Position numbers and translations under genes: made by a program
Shown here: positions 37,465 to 51,174 of the stretch, one piece after another
Position numbering within the stretch: position 1 is the stretch's first letter
Layout of the letters: every line of letters begins with the position of its first letter
Notes under the pieces: generated by a model
Seen by the model: the letters and a program-made list of their open reading frames with translations, nothing else
Told to the model about the DNA's origin: nothing
The model's database searches: none
DNA from: Octopus sinensis
Taxonomy: Eukaryota
DNA length: 64,000 bases
Direction of reading: 5' to 3'
Assembly: GCF_006345805.1 (NCBI RefSeq)
Contig: NC_043015.1
Span: forward strand, 30,628,001-30,692,000

Positions 37465-37860
37465 TACTCTTTTACTCTTTTACTTGTTTCAGTCATTTGA
37501 CTGCGGCCATGCTGGAGCACCACCTTTAGTCGAGCAAATCGACCCGGGACTTATTCTTTTTTGTAAGCCCAGTACTTATTCTATCGGTCTCTTTTTGCCG
37601 AACCGCTAAGTGACGGGGACGTAAACACACCAGCATCGGTTGTCAAGCAATGCTAGGGGGACAAACACAGACACACAAACACATATATACATATATATAT
37701 ATACATACATATATACGACAGGCAAATCCACTCACAAGGCATTGGTCGGCCCAAGGCTATAGCAGAAGACACTTGCCCAAGATGCCACGCAGTGGGACTG
37801 AACCCGGAACCATGTGGTTGGTAAGCAAGCTACTTTACCACACAGCCACTCCTGCGCCTA
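37465..37860 (-). mobile_element. SINE family A
   Basis: Same consensus. Confidence 0.9.
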
Positions 37861-38500
37861 TATTTAGTCAAATTTCGTTAATTTCATATCGTGTGCTATT
37901 TTTCCCTGGGCCTCTTTCTTTTGACCTAAATATTAAAAATTTTTGTTGCATTTCTGATCTTTATGTCTAAGGATGGATATTGATGTATATGAGGGTTTTT
38001 TTTTCAAACTTAATTCTGGAGAATTGAAGAGACAAATTTACCTTGCCTGCGTGTGTGTGTGTTACTGTTTTAACATCCACTTTTCCATGCTTGCACGGGT
38101 TGGACAGAGTTTACTGAGGCAGAATTTCTACAGTTGGATGCCTCTTCCTGTCACCAAACCCTCACCTATTTTGAAGCAAAATAATATCTCTCTGTTGTGT
38201 CTGGGGAGAGTCATTTTCTTTTTGTGCCTTATAATGTAACACACTCACCGGTAAAATTTCCACTTATTTCTTATTTACCAGTGAGTGTGTTACATTATAA
38301 GGCACAAAAAGAAAATGACTCTCCCCAGACACAACAGAATATGCTTCAACACACGAACTCATATAAAGAATCTTGCAGACCAAATCCAAAAACGAAATAA
38401 TATTTCTCTGTCACCAGTTTACGAAAAAAACAAAAGACGAAGACAGGTGGTGTACAAAACAAGCAGATGTATTAGTATAACACTCAGGAATAGAAAAAGT

Positions 38501-38536
38501 CTTTTACGTTTCAAGCCTACGCTCTTCTACAGAAAG
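38501..38536 (-). ncRNA. Minimal hammerhead-like motif, CUGUAGA (A6U) core variant, within a Penelope-like terminal repeat remnant
   Basis: Minus strand: CUUU CUGUAGA A GAGC guag GCUU GAAA CG UA|AAAG. Stem I CUUU/AAAG, stem II GAGC/GCUU, palindromic stem III ACGU. Confidence 0.45.
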
Positions 38537-38636
38537 GGACACAGAAAAAAGGAGAGAAACAAGGAGAGAAAAAAAATGTATGTAGTGGCTAACGATCTAT
38601 CATGGCGACTATCATATATATGTATGTATATATACA

Positions 38637-38674
<38 letters not shown>

Positions 38675-38892
38675 TATAGATAGATAGATAGATAGATAGC
38701 TATAATATTTATGTAGTATGTATGCCTGTACGTATATTAAAGTATGCAGTATTATAGATGCTTCACAGCCAATCTTATCAATGGAACTATAATAGTGTAT
38801 ACTTTGGTTAATGTACCCACTCTATTGGCAAATATATGAGTGCCTATTTTTCTGACTTACAGATTCTTAAATGTACAAATATATACATAATA

Positions 38893-39297
38893 TGGAGTGG
38901 CTGTGTGGTAAGTAGCTTGCTAACCAACCACATGGTTCTGGGTTCAGTCCCACTGCGTGGCATCTTGGGCAAGTGTCTTCTGCTATAGCCTCGGGCCGAC
39001 CAATGCCTTGTGAGTGAATTTGGTAGACGGAAACTGAAAGAAGCCTGTCGTATATATGTATATATAAATGTATGTATGTGTGTGTGTGTTTGTGTGTCTG
39101 TGTTTGTCCCCCCTAGCATTGCTTGACAACCAATGCTGGTGTGTTTACGTCCCCGTCACTTAGCGGTTCGGCAAAAGAGACCGATAGAATAAGTACTAGG
39201 CTTACAAAGAATAAGTCCTGGGGTCGATTTGCTTGACTAAAGGCGGTGCTCCAGCATGGCCGCAGTCAAATGACTGAAACAAGTAAAAGAGTAAAGA

Positions 39298-39300
<3 letters not shown>
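38893..39300 (+). mobile_element. SINE family A
   Basis: Same consensus. Confidence 0.9.
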
Positions 39301-39336
<36 letters not shown>

Positions 39337-39977
39337 GGACTCTCCTGTTGTTAGACAACGTACAAGGGTTTGACAGTTTCTTACTGAACAACCGGACAGA
39401 TGATTTGCTTATAGTGATCAAATATTTGCGTAGATACCACAATCTAATATGTTTTATGACTGTACTGTATCCATGACCAAGACACTTCACTACCAACAGC
39501 CCAGTCCACCTAGCTGTAAGTAGGCTCCACTGTGTGGTATATGTGTACTGTGTCCCTGGCAAGTACACTTGGTTGTAAATAGACACCACATATCTATACT
39601 ACTAGGCTCACTAAGACACCTGACTCTCAACAGCCCAGTCCACCTACGTGTCTACAGTTACCACAGTTTGTAGAGTATGTATCTTTTATTTATTAGTAGC
39701 ATTAGTGAAGGCATTGTGATTAGTAGTGTGTGACGAGCTTAATTCCCAGCAGCGGATTATGTCCTTGAGCAAGACACTTTATTTCATATTGCTCCATCCG
39801 AACGTGGCCATTGCCAGCGCCACCCTGACTGGCTTCCGTGCCGGTGGCACGTAAAAAGCACCATCCAATTGTGGCCGTTGCCAGCCCCGCCTGGCTTCCG
39901 TGCCGGTGGCACGTAAAAAGCACCATCCGATCATGGCCGTTTGCCAGCCTCGTCTGGCTCCTGTGCCGGTGGCACGT

Positions 39978-40460
39978 AAAAAGCCTCTAGTACATACCTC
40001 TAGTACATTTGGGTAGGCATCTGATATACCAGTAATACACTTGGTTAGGCATTTGACATACCTGTAGTACATTTGGGTAGGCATCTGATATACCAATAAT
40101 ACACTTGGTTAGGCATTTGACATACCCGTAACACTTTGACATATCTGTAATGCACTTAGCTTTGCATTTGACACACCTGTAATGCATTTGAGTTAGCATC
40201 TGATATACATGTAGTAACACTTGGCTCAGCACTTGATATATCTGTAATACATATGGCTATGCATTTGTAATACCAGTAATACACTTTGCAATACATTTGA
40301 CATGCTTGTAATACACTTGGTTAGGAATTTAACACATAATAGATTTGGCTATACTTTGACATACCTTAGGCATTTGGCATATCTGTAATACACGTAATTA
40401 TACATTTGTCATACCTGCAACATTTTTTAGTAGGCATTCTACATACCTGTAATGCTCTTG
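39978..40460. repeat. Degenerate 32-bp minisatellite, ~15 units (catacctgtaatacacttggttaggcatttga)
   Basis: The first four units alternate two variants (64-bp higher order); later units decay. Confidence 0.8.
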
Positions 40461-40839
40461 GTTTGGCAAAATATACCATTTCTGACTCACTGATTGTATT
40501 TATTACTTTGTATCCCATCAGAGACAATGCTCTGTGTCCTTAGTATACCTGTTTCTCACATTATTAATCTTTTACAGTGATTTTTCTTATTTTGTTTCTA
40601 AATTTATATTTAGTCTGGGACATCCCTGTCCTTATTCCCACACACACATGTACAAGCACACACACACACACACACACATGTGCACGAGTACACACACAGG
40701 CGCACACAGCCTGATGAGGTCAATTCTGTTTATATCCAGACTGAACTTCTTTAGGTTAACAACTGTAGAAACACATATTTTTTTTACTTGCAAACATCAA
40801 CCAATACAAATTAAAGTTGAATGAACTCACAGAAACACA

Positions 40840-41580
40840 TTTAGAGTGTGACACTTCTTCATACAGCTGTCCTCGTCCATATGCATCTCATGGCCATACC
40901 AGTGCAGTCATCTCTCTTGCACACCACATCTGATACCTCTTATACCCAGCTTTTCCCTCAAGCCACTTACACTCTGTCGTACATGCCCACTGACATTACA
41001 CTTCCAGCAGAGAATAGCAGCTTCATTTCTCACAAGCCTATGCATGTCCTTGATGGTCACAGCCCATGTTTCACTGCTTGGTAGCATGGCTGTTCAGACA
41101 CAGGCATCATACAATCTGCTTTTCACTCAGAGAGAGAGGCCCTTTGTTACCAGCAGAGGTAGGAGCTCTCTGAACTTTGCCCAGGCTCTTCTTATTGTAG
41201 CAGCTACTCTCTTGATGTATCGCCACCTCCACTATCAACCTGGTCACCTGCGTAACAGAAGCTATCGACTACTTCTAGTTTTCTCCCCTGGCATTTAATG
41301 GAGTCTATTTTCTGTACATTTTTTAGTGTTAATTTTACCTGTGCACCTACCACACAAAAAACTATTTTCCCTGTTAACCTTCCTCTGATATTGCTGCACC
41401 TCTTATGTGTCCAAAGCTTACGCCGGGTCCGTCTTATGGAGTTTCTACCTACACCTTTTCTACAGATCAAGCTGGGCCATCTACCTGAAAAGATTTGTGA
41501 TTTGTCTGCTCTCCTACTTCTAAGACTTTGGTTTTTGTTAGATTAACTCTAAGGCCCTTTGATTGTAGGCCTTCCTTCCA
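40840..41580 (-). mobile_element. RTE LINE RT/C-terminal remnant (family RTE-c)
   Basis: WKEGLQSKGLRVNLTKTKVL, KLEVVDSFCYAGDQVDSGGG, AWAKFRELLPLLVTKGLSL, SSETWAV, LREKLGIRGIRCGVQER*LHWYGH. Confidence 0.85.
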
Positions 41581-41584
41581 TGTG

Positions 41585-41617
<33 letters not shown>

Positions 41618-42054
41618 TTAAAATTTACAGAAAAACAAAAGAAAAAGACAGGTGTATGAACAACACACACACATATATATATTGACAGTTAGATAGATAT
41701 CATTATTATTATGATTATCATCATTATATATATGTGTGTGTGTATATGTGTGTGCACGTGTGTGTGTGTGCATCTGTGTTCACTTAAAATTCTAAGTTGC
41801 ATTACATTCTTTAATCACCCATGTTCCTACTTTATCTGGCTTATCTTGAATACTTTAACTTCAGGGCTCCATCATGCCATGCCAATATGTGTAGCATAAT
41901 ACTGTACAGCCGGAGAAAGATGTTACTTGATTATTTTAGCTTCCATAGTATCTGACATTCTACGTGAGATTAAAAGTAAGCTACCTGTGGTCTTCATTTT
42001 ATTTTTCTCAACAGCTGATCATAGTAAACACAGATATTGGTGGTATTCTATTTT

Positions 42055-42482
42055 GTCTGTTAGCTGTTTCAGTCATTGGACTGCAGCCATGCTGGAGCAC
42101 TGCCTTGAAGGTTTTAGTCCAACAAATTGACCCCCAGAAATTACTTTTTAAGCCTGGTGCTTATTCTTAGTCTCTTTTGCTGAATCACTAAGTTACAGGG
42201 ATGTAAACAAACCAACACTGGTTGTCAATCAGTTGTAGGAGACAAATGCAAACACACACACACGCATGCACACACATGCATACACAGTATACACATGTAT
42301 ACATAGATAAATAGATAGAAAGATAGACAGACGGACAGAAAGATATTTTCATCTACCATATCTACTCACGAAGCTTTGGTCAACCTGCGGCTGTTGTAGA
42401 AGACACTTGCTGAAGGTGCCATGCAGTGGGACAGAACCTGGAAGTATGTGGTTGGAAAGCAAACTCCTTAACCACACAGTGA
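42055..42482 (-). mobile_element. SINE family A, diverged
   Basis: Same consensus. Confidence 0.8.
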
Positions 42483-42489
42483 TTTCAGC

Positions 42490-42742
42490 ATCCATACTCT
42501 CAATAATACACTCTTAAATATAGTTTCTGATTACAAATATCTTGGGTCATACATATCATCATCTGAAAAAGATTTTCTAACTAGAAAGGGTATGGCCTGG
42601 TCAGCCTGTAATGATATGCATAAGATCTGGTCATCAAATCTAAGTAGAGGTTTCAAACTTAAAATCTTCAAAGCCACAGTCGAACCAATTCTACTATATG
42701 GCTCAGAAACCTGGACGTTATCAAAGAAGCTTGTAGTTTGGT
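42490..42742 (+). mobile_element. RTE-a internal RT fragment
   Basis: VSDYKYLGSYISSSEKDFLTRKGMAWSACNDMHKIWSSNL...FKATVEPILLYGSETWTLSKKL. Confidence 0.85.
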
Positions 42743-43424
42743 GTACAGCAACTCAAAGTGGTACAAGGCTTTATTAGAATCAATCAATCAATGTTATCTT
42801 CATTATCATCATTGTCATCATCATCGTCATCATTGATGCCATTGTCCTCCTCATCCTCATTCCCATCCTCCTCCTCCTCATCATCATCACGAAAGTCACC
42901 ACATTCACCAACACAAACTTTATCACCAACCATCACCTTTGCCACCACAATTACTATCACCACCATCACCACCACTACCACCACCACCACTACCACCACC
43001 ACCATCCTTCTCTGACCAAACCTTGCCACTTCTTAGCCTTATATACCCAGTTTGCCCTTTATCATCTATCAGTATTACCATATTTAATTAATTCAAGACC
43101 TACATTTCACCATTCTCTGACAAAAACAACACTCTACATCTATCTACATTCATATATCATCATCTACAAATACGCACAGACATAAAATATATATATATAC
43201 ACCTGTGATGTTCTCATCTTCTTTTGTTCTATCTTTCTATCTGTTTGTCTGTCTATGTATGTATGTATGTATGTATGGACGGATGGATGTATGTGTGTTT
43301 GTATGTATGTATGTATAGGTTTGATATAACAAACAGGATAAATAGAACTTAAAAACCTGTATTTATATATTATTATTTTTAATCAGCCGAAGTTACAAAG
43401 TAGCTTGAGGACCAAGAATCTTAT

Positions 43425-43747
43425 GCATGACACTTTGAACTCAGAACGTCAGGACAGGTGAAATGCTGCTAAGAATTTTGCCCAGCATGCTAACAGTTCT
43501 GCCAGCTCACCTCCTTAAAATAATAAAAATAATAATAGTGATTTCAAATTTTTGCCACAAGGGCAGCTTGTGGGAGGGGATTAAGTCGATTATATCGACC
43601 CCAGTGCATAACTGGTACTTATTTAATCGACACCGAAAGGATGAAAGGCAAAATCAACCTTGGTGGAATTTGAACTCACAACATCACAACAGATGAAATA
43701 CAGCTAAGCATTTCACCCTGCGTGCAAATGATTGTGCCTGCTTGCCA

Positions 43748-43783
<36 letters not shown>

Positions 43784-43801
43784 GTAATAGTAATAGTAAT
43801 G

Positions 43802-43834
<33 letters not shown>

Positions 43835-43845
43835 GTAATAGTAAT

Positions 43846-43893
<48 letters not shown>

Positions 43894-44100
43894 TGCTTCA
43901 AATTTTAGCACATGGCCAGCAATTTTGATGGGGGAGGGTATTAGTTGATTACATCAACCCTTGCAGTTAACCGGTATTTATTTTATAAATCCCAAAATGA
44001 TGAAATGTAAAGATAACTTCACCAACATTTGAACTCAGAATGTAATGAGTTGAAGAAATGTTGCAAAGCAATTTTTCTGCATTCTAAAAATTCTACCAGC
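43425..44100 (-). mobile_element. Three stacked, same-orientation SINE-B copies separated by (TAA)n
   Basis: Copies at ~43425-43512, 43535-43745 and 43895-44100. Confidence 0.75.
43748..43893. repeat. (TAA)n/(TAG) microsatellite
   Basis: Direct reading. Confidence 0.95.
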
Positions 44101-44136
44101 GTGACAGAAAAAATACCTTACAATATTATTATTATT

Positions 44137-44872
44137 CATACATACATACATGAATACATACATACATACATACATACATACATACATGAATACATACATG
44201 AATACATACATGAATACATACATACATACATACATGAATACATACATGAATACATACATAATACATACATACATACATACATACATACATGAATACATAC
44301 ATGAATACATACATGAATACATACATACATACATACATACATCATACATACATGAATACATACATACATACATACATACATACATACATACATACATGAA
44401 TACATACATGAATACATACATACATACATACTTACATACATACATACATGAATACATACATACATGAATACATACATACATGAATGCATACATACATACA
44501 TACATACATACATGCATACATACATACATACATACATGAATACATACATACATACATACATGAATACATACATACATGAATGCATACATACATACATACA
44601 TACATACATGAATACATACATGAATGCATACATACATACATGAATACATACATACATACATACATACATACATACATACATACAAACATACATACATACA
44701 TACATACATACGTATATACATACATGAATACATACATACATGAATACATACATACATACATGAATACATACATACATGAATACATACATACATATATACA
44801 TACATGAATACATACATACATGAATACATACATACATACATACATGAATACATACATACATCCATCCATACA

Positions 44873-44902
<30 letters not shown>
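44137..44902. repeat. Compound (TACA)n microsatellite with interspersed TGAA/TGCA variants
   Basis: Direct reading; it generates the spurious MYVC/HTYI ORFs. Confidence 0.97.
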
Positions 44903-44903
<1 letters not shown>

Positions 44904-45269
44904 GTAGTACATACGCACACACAATATATGCATGCACACACACATGTAATACATATAAAAGGGGTAACATGACATTTTTATTAAATCTGATAAAAACATT
45001 TGATTTTCTTCTTTCCCTGCAAAATATTTTAGGCATCCATTTAAAAACCTCAAATTAATTAATTAATTAACTACTATGATTATATCACTGTCACCCAAAA
45101 TTTTAAATTTTAACTGAAAAAAATCTTAAACATTCAGAGATGCTTGTCTCAGTTTTATTAGTAAGATTCTTCTTGCTCGTCTTTGCGGTGGCGCCACCTT
45201 GGATGAGTGTAAGTCTTTTGATTCCTGATAATAACTGTTGTTGTTGTTATTGTTGTTGCTACTTGTTTG

Positions 45270-45633
45270 TTTGTTGAGCGAAGCGGTCTTCATCCCAGTG
45301 GGAGAAGTCCGAAACGTGGTCCTTTGCTATTCGTAAGACCCGCAGAAGAGAAAGCAGGTCAACCCCCGAGACCGAGAGCATCGACGGATGGATGAATGCG
45401 CATCCAGGCTCAGCGGTTGCTTAGGAAGTCGAGGACAAGAAACAGGAAGAAAGAGTGAGAGAAAGTTGGAGCGAAAGAGTACAGCAGGGGTTGCCACCAC
45501 CCCCTGCGGGAGCCGCGTGGAGCTTTAGGTGTTTTCAATCAATAAACACACACAACGCCTGGTCTGGGAATCGAAACCGCGATCCTCCGACCGAGAGACC
45601 GCTGCCCTAACCACTGGGTCATTGCGCCTCCAC
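45270..45633 (-). mobile_element. SINE family C, alternative tail
   Basis: Same head and body; tail ctgcgggtcttacgaatagcaaaggaccacgtttcggac. Confidence 0.85.
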
Positions 45634-45811
45634 TGCTGTTGCTGCTGTTTAGCACCTGGTCAGCTATGATCAAGATGACCCGTGATTTACATATTGTGGC
45701 CATATTCCATGTATGTCTTTGATTCCTGATAATTGTTGTTGTTCTTGTTGTTTAACCCTTGGCCAGCTCTGATCAAGCAAACTGATGGTCTTAGTCAGGC
45801 ATTAATCTCTT

Positions 45812-46203
45812 CACTCGTTTCAGTCATTTGACTGCGACCATGCTGGAGCACCGCCTTTTAGTCGAGCAAATCGACCCCAGGACTTATTCTTTGGAAGCCT
45901 AGTACTTATTCTATCGGACTCTTTTGCCAAACCGCTAAGTTACGGGGATGTAAACACACCAACATCAGTTGTCAAGCAATGTTGGGGGGAAAAACACAGA
46001 CACAAACATATTCACATGCATACATGTATATATATATACATATATACGATGGGCTTCTTTCAGTTTCCATCTACCAAATCCACTCACAAGGCTTTGGTCG
46101 GCCCGAGGCTATAGTAGAAGACACTTGTCCAAGGTGCCATGCAGTGGGAATGAACCCGGAACCATGTGGCTGGTAAGCAAGCTACTTACCACACAGCCAC
46201 TCC
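45812..46203 (-). mobile_element. SINE family A
   Basis: Same consensus. Confidence 0.9.
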
Positions 46204-46699
46204 AGGTATAGGCAACAGTTTTTGAAGAACTGGGCTGCATGAGACATGACACATCATCAAACAAACCACACTACTTTAAAAAATTTTAATAAACGTTATT
46301 TTCCATGTGAAACTCAGGTGTGCCATTCAAGAGAGACCTGCAGGTTGCAATTTGCCCATGAACTAAATATTCCAGTCATGTTAGATTTGTGTAAGTCTTT
46401 GGTTCCTAGTTGTTGTTTAGTCCATTGATCAGTTCTGCTCTAGCAGATCACACATGCACCCACATACACACACCAAACACACACACACACAAATACACAC
46501 CTCACACACATACACACACATCATACACGCACACACACATGCACACACACACACACACAAATACACACCACACATGCAAAATTTCTTTCAAAATTGTATC
46601 TTTATCACTTTATGCCTGTCCTGAGTTGTCCTGGTATTAGTTGCCCTAGAACCCATACATACATACAAACATACATATACACAACATCATAAGCGGAAA

Positions 46700-46960
46700 G
46701 TGTAACCTCTTGAAAGAGCTGTTCTTCACTCCTGCTCCAGAGCGTCGGCTGCGGGCTCACTCCGAAAAGCTCTATCTGCGACAATTTCATCTCAATCAAA
46801 GGAGATGGGCTTTCTCCATCCAGGTTGCGGATCCGTGGAATAAGCTGCCGGACGAGATAGCTCGGTTCAAAGTCTCTCTTGACCAGAAATGGCCTGAACT
46901 CTTTGCATGAACCACACTCTGTACATAACTCCATGTCCCCCTACATGGCCTTGCTTTTTG
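46700..46960 (+). mobile_element. CR1-type LINE 3' end
   Basis: ELFFTPAPERRLRAHSEKLYLRQFHLNQRRWAFSIQVADPWNKLPDEI is a CR1 C-terminal motif (RGH..KL...FS.RV...WN.LP). Confidence 0.8.
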
Positions 46961-47708
46961 CTTTTTAAGCCAAAAAATTAACTTAACTCAACTTAACCAT
47001 TCACACACAAAACTCATTCTGCCACTTATCATGAGGAAGCAACATAGCTAACAACCTAAACCTTAGCCACTGGACTATATACAAGCGACTCCTGCTCAAT
47101 CTCCAACTAAGCAGATTAAATTTGGAGTGCCTTGATTATAACTAAACATGTTCACTCAACCATGTCAGCCTTCTTTTAAAGCACAAAAATATACTGTCAT
47201 GTAAATCTAATACATGAATGTAGCAGGAAACGTACAAAAGGTTATAAACTTGATCATGGATTCTTTCTCTAGAAACACTTGACAGGAAGCATTAAGAGCA
47301 TTGATTGTTTGGACATGTTCAGTCAACTGTATCAGCCTTAACTTACCACATTACAGATTGTGGTTTTTATACTAACACACGGATGTAGCAGGGAAACTAC
47401 AAAAATTTCTAAGACCAATCATGCGACTATCCTCTATCAATCAGATCCTATTCAAAACATATATTAATTTGAGCCAAAAACTCCCTATAAAGATAGGACA
47501 AGCTTCACACACTAGCCAGAAACATGACAGCTGTTACATAAGCCATATCTTTCTATTTGAACTTTTTGAAAATCAGTGTAATTGTGGAACCAGTTGAATC
47601 TTTAAATATATTAATAAAAAATATTTTAACTATTCTCAGTACATTTTCAACTTCTATTCTTCCTATATTTCTACCCATGTGGAATAAAATAACTTTGTTT
47701 TGTGTGTA

Positions 47709-47796
<88 letters not shown>

Positions 47797-48089
47797 GGGA
47801 GTATAACTCCAAACTTACAGGGAAAAATGCAATTTAATATTAAATCAGATTTCACAATATAGATATAATATATATATAAATTAGAGAAAAACCACTATTA
47901 TATAATTCAAACAATGATAGACATAAACCAAATCATAAAGAAAAAATAAAATATATTATAAAACATACAACTAGATCACAAAAAGGACAAAAATGAATAA
48001 ACAATATATAATAAGTAAAAAGACTATGTTTCGTGGTTATAACTTCAATTCGAATTACAATTAAATTTAAATTTAATTGTAATTCATGG

Positions 48090-48762
48090 AGGCTGAGTGC
48101 TTGGTTGTGGACATGTAGCAGACCTCGAAGATGTCCTCGTCAAAACTGACCACACAGTCATTCTGTTTGTTGATGACCAGATCAACCATGAAGGTTTTTA
48201 CATCAGAAAAAGTGAGAATTCAATTGCCATGACACTTCAAGTCATTGAGAAGGTGACAACAGTGTTCCCAACATTGTTCTTGAATATGGTCAGTGAGCAG
48301 AAGCCTTTGGGCGCACTTCAAGCTCTTGCCACCTTCCTCCTTGATGGCCCTGGACACTATGGCCACTGAGATGTTCTTCACAAGCACAGTCATTTTGAAC
48401 TTCAGATCACTTTCAAAGGCCTTTCTCACAGCCAAAGGATTGACAACTTGAGGTCGGCTTGATCGAGACCAATCTTTGAGGTCTTTCCCATTTTTAACCT
48501 TCTCCATGACCGTGGACAGTCATCCGGCTGACATTGAGCCACTTGGCAATGTTGGCTTTGTTGTGGCCCACATGCAGGAGAGCAGAGATCTCGATTCTTT
48601 TTTCTTCCATCTCGATACACCTGCTCACAATCCCACATGTTTCAATTACACATGTTGGAAAAGTAGAACTTTAACTATGGTTGACGGCACTTTTTCTTCG
48701 ACACACATTAATCTCTCAAAAGATCAAAACTAAGCGTAACAAGACTTTTGCAAAGCCTGGTA
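48090..48762 (-). mobile_element. Tc1/mariner (maT-like) transposase relic, 5' half, frameshifted
   Basis: From ATG at 48610: MEEKRIEISALLHVGHNKANIAKWLNVSRMTVH (HTH), then shifted GKDLKDWSRSSRP..., then LILTFSDVKTFMVDLVINKQND (first catalytic-D region, FSDEK type). Probable TIR end at ~48760. Confidence 0.8.
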
Positions 48763-49166
48763 AATAAATATTTATGTGTGTATATATGTGTATGTATGTT
48801 TGTGTGTATGCATGTATGTGTGTGTGTGTGTATTTTCCATTTATACCAATTGAATACTCTTGTGTTTACAATTTTTTAATATATATTTACATATTAATTA
48901 TAAGTTACCAGAATATTCATTCACTATTTACAATGTAATTCTGAGAATATATATTGTGGTTTTCTTGACAAAGCTCTTCTGTAATGACAAACATAATAAT
49001 GCTTTGTATTTTCAAAACATAATGAGTCTTTCATTATATATTAAACTTCATTCAAGTTAGAAAATTTGGGGAAATTTCAAATAATGAATAATGTTATTGT
49101 CCAGCTTCACTTATTGATTTCTTGTTGTTGAAGATTCCATAACAAATTTACTTCATCCAAGATTGT

Positions 49167-49206
<40 letters not shown>

Positions 49207-50429
49207 TTGTGTATGTTTGTGTATTTGTGTGTGTGTTTGTGTATTTGTGTGTGTGTTTGTGTATTTATGTGTGTGTGGATGTGTGTACTTCTTGTAATAA
49301 AGAATTATTTATCCTGTTTTCTATTTTCAAATCTGTTTATCTGCAGTCAGTCGTCACGACGGTGACTGTTCATAGCTTTTGTATGACTTGTTAAGCTTTC
49401 TCTGTACTGTTTGTTTTTTTTGCTTGGGTTCCCCATTTATTATTATCACTTCCTTTTTACTTTATGTTCCTTTTTGGCAGTATCTTTGAATCTCAGTCTA
49501 AGTCTTCTATGGTCTCTTTCCTCCTTGCATAGCTGGGATTAAAGGATTTGTCTGAGGATCCTGTTGTGGAAATCTCTACTTTCTCATATAGCATTTAAAG
49601 CAGCCATATCCTGCCCAAATGTCAAGATCTGGCCTCTTACACCTAACCTCTTACACCTAACCTACAATGTCATTCTACAAATATACAATCGTATTACCAA
49701 AACCTCACAACTATGAGATAATGCAGGATTAATTCAAAACAACCTGAATAAATAAGCATTACATTTGACTGAGTAATCTGAATGCTAAACGGTTAAAGAT
49801 ATTTGTTTTCCTATATCAAATATATTAGTCTCTTTTATCTTTTACTTGTTTTACTAATTTGACTGCAGCAATGCTGGGGCACTGCCTTGAAGGGGTTTTT
49901 GTTGAACAAATCAACCCCTGTACTTATATCTTATTTAAGCCTGGTGCTATTCTATCAACTAGGACTCTAATGAGTTAAGCAGTTGCTGGGACTAATATGT
50001 TTTCATCAGCCAGTACTAAGCTACTAATAAAAACAACTTCTTAAGATTTCTACCAGACACCTGAATGGTTAGTTGCTTGCTTACGTCATCAATCCCTGAC
50101 AAATCTCTGTTTTGCCTTTTAACAGTTGTTTTTACATCTGAACACAGTGATTCAGGTTCAATTCCTAGTAAGTAAGTTGGTGCTTTGGGGACTCCACTAA
50201 TAAGTTTGCTTCAAGGTTAACTTACTTATCTTACCTGTAAATTACATAACGAGAAAAAGGTGTCTGTGATGTTTCTACATCCCTGTCTGTTATTAATTGC
50301 TTTTTGTTTTATTACTATCAACTTTTTTGTTCATCATATTTTCAGCATATGTTTATTAGTTATAATTATATAATTAATTTACAACCACACAGGCACAATT
50401 ATTAATTTTAGCAATGAATGATGACTTCC

Positions 50430-50790
50430 ATTCATCATCATCATCATCATCATCATCGTTTAGCATCCGTTTTCCATGCTAGCATGGGTTGGACGGTTCA
50501 ACTGGGGTCTGGGAAGCCAGAAGGCTTCATCAGGCCCAGTCTGATCTGGCAGTATTTCTACAGCTGGATGCCCTTCCTAACGCCAACCACTTCGTCAGTG
50601 TAGTGGGTGCTTTTTATGTGCCACCAGCACAGGTGCCAGATGAGGCTGGCAAATGGCCACGATCAGATGGTGCTTTTTACGTGCCACCGGCACGAGACCA
50701 GTCGGGGCGGCACTGGCAACAGCCACGTTCGGATGGTTCTCTTACGTACCACCGGCACTGGTATCACAGCTGCAATTTCCATTAAAAAGA
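50430..50790 (-). mobile_element. Repeat D copy
   Basis: Same consensus. Confidence 0.8.
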
Positions 50791-50843
50791 TAAATCTTTT
50801 GCACAATACTATTAATTTCCATGACAACTGGCTCACAAGTAAA

Positions 50844-51030
50844 TCTCTATATATATATAAACGGCAAAATGTCTGTGTGTGCGTCCTTTATACAAATCCA
50901 CAATTTTTCAGTTAGAGGGCTCGCACTTTCTATGGCCATTCAAAACCGTCCAAGGGTGGTCGTGCACATCTTTACATTTCTCCAGTCACCCCGCAAAGCC
51001 ATTAAAAAATTCAATAGAAGTGACTTCACA
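50844..51030 (+). mobile_element. Helitron-like 5' fragment
   Basis: a|TCTCTATATATATATAAACGGC 5' terminus typical of non-autonomous Helitrons; no 3' CTAG end seen. Confidence 0.45.
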
Positions 51031-51174
51031 CACAACCTTACACATACACACATACATGGCATCTCTCAGTCTGTCTTGTCTGTCTGTTTCTCTCTCTCTC
51101 TTTGTGTGTGTGTGTGTGTGTGTGTAAAGAGAGACAGGCAGGAAAAAGGAAGGAGGTAGAAAAAGAAACAATGT

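Noticed and set aside
40709-40760. cctgatgaggtc...gactgaac
   Set aside because: GAAC instead of GAAA and no stem I/III pairing.
44035-45053. Longest ORFs in the track (333 and 305 aa, MYVC/HTYI repeats)
   Set aside because: Translations of the (TACA)n microsatellite, which lacks stop codons in several frames.
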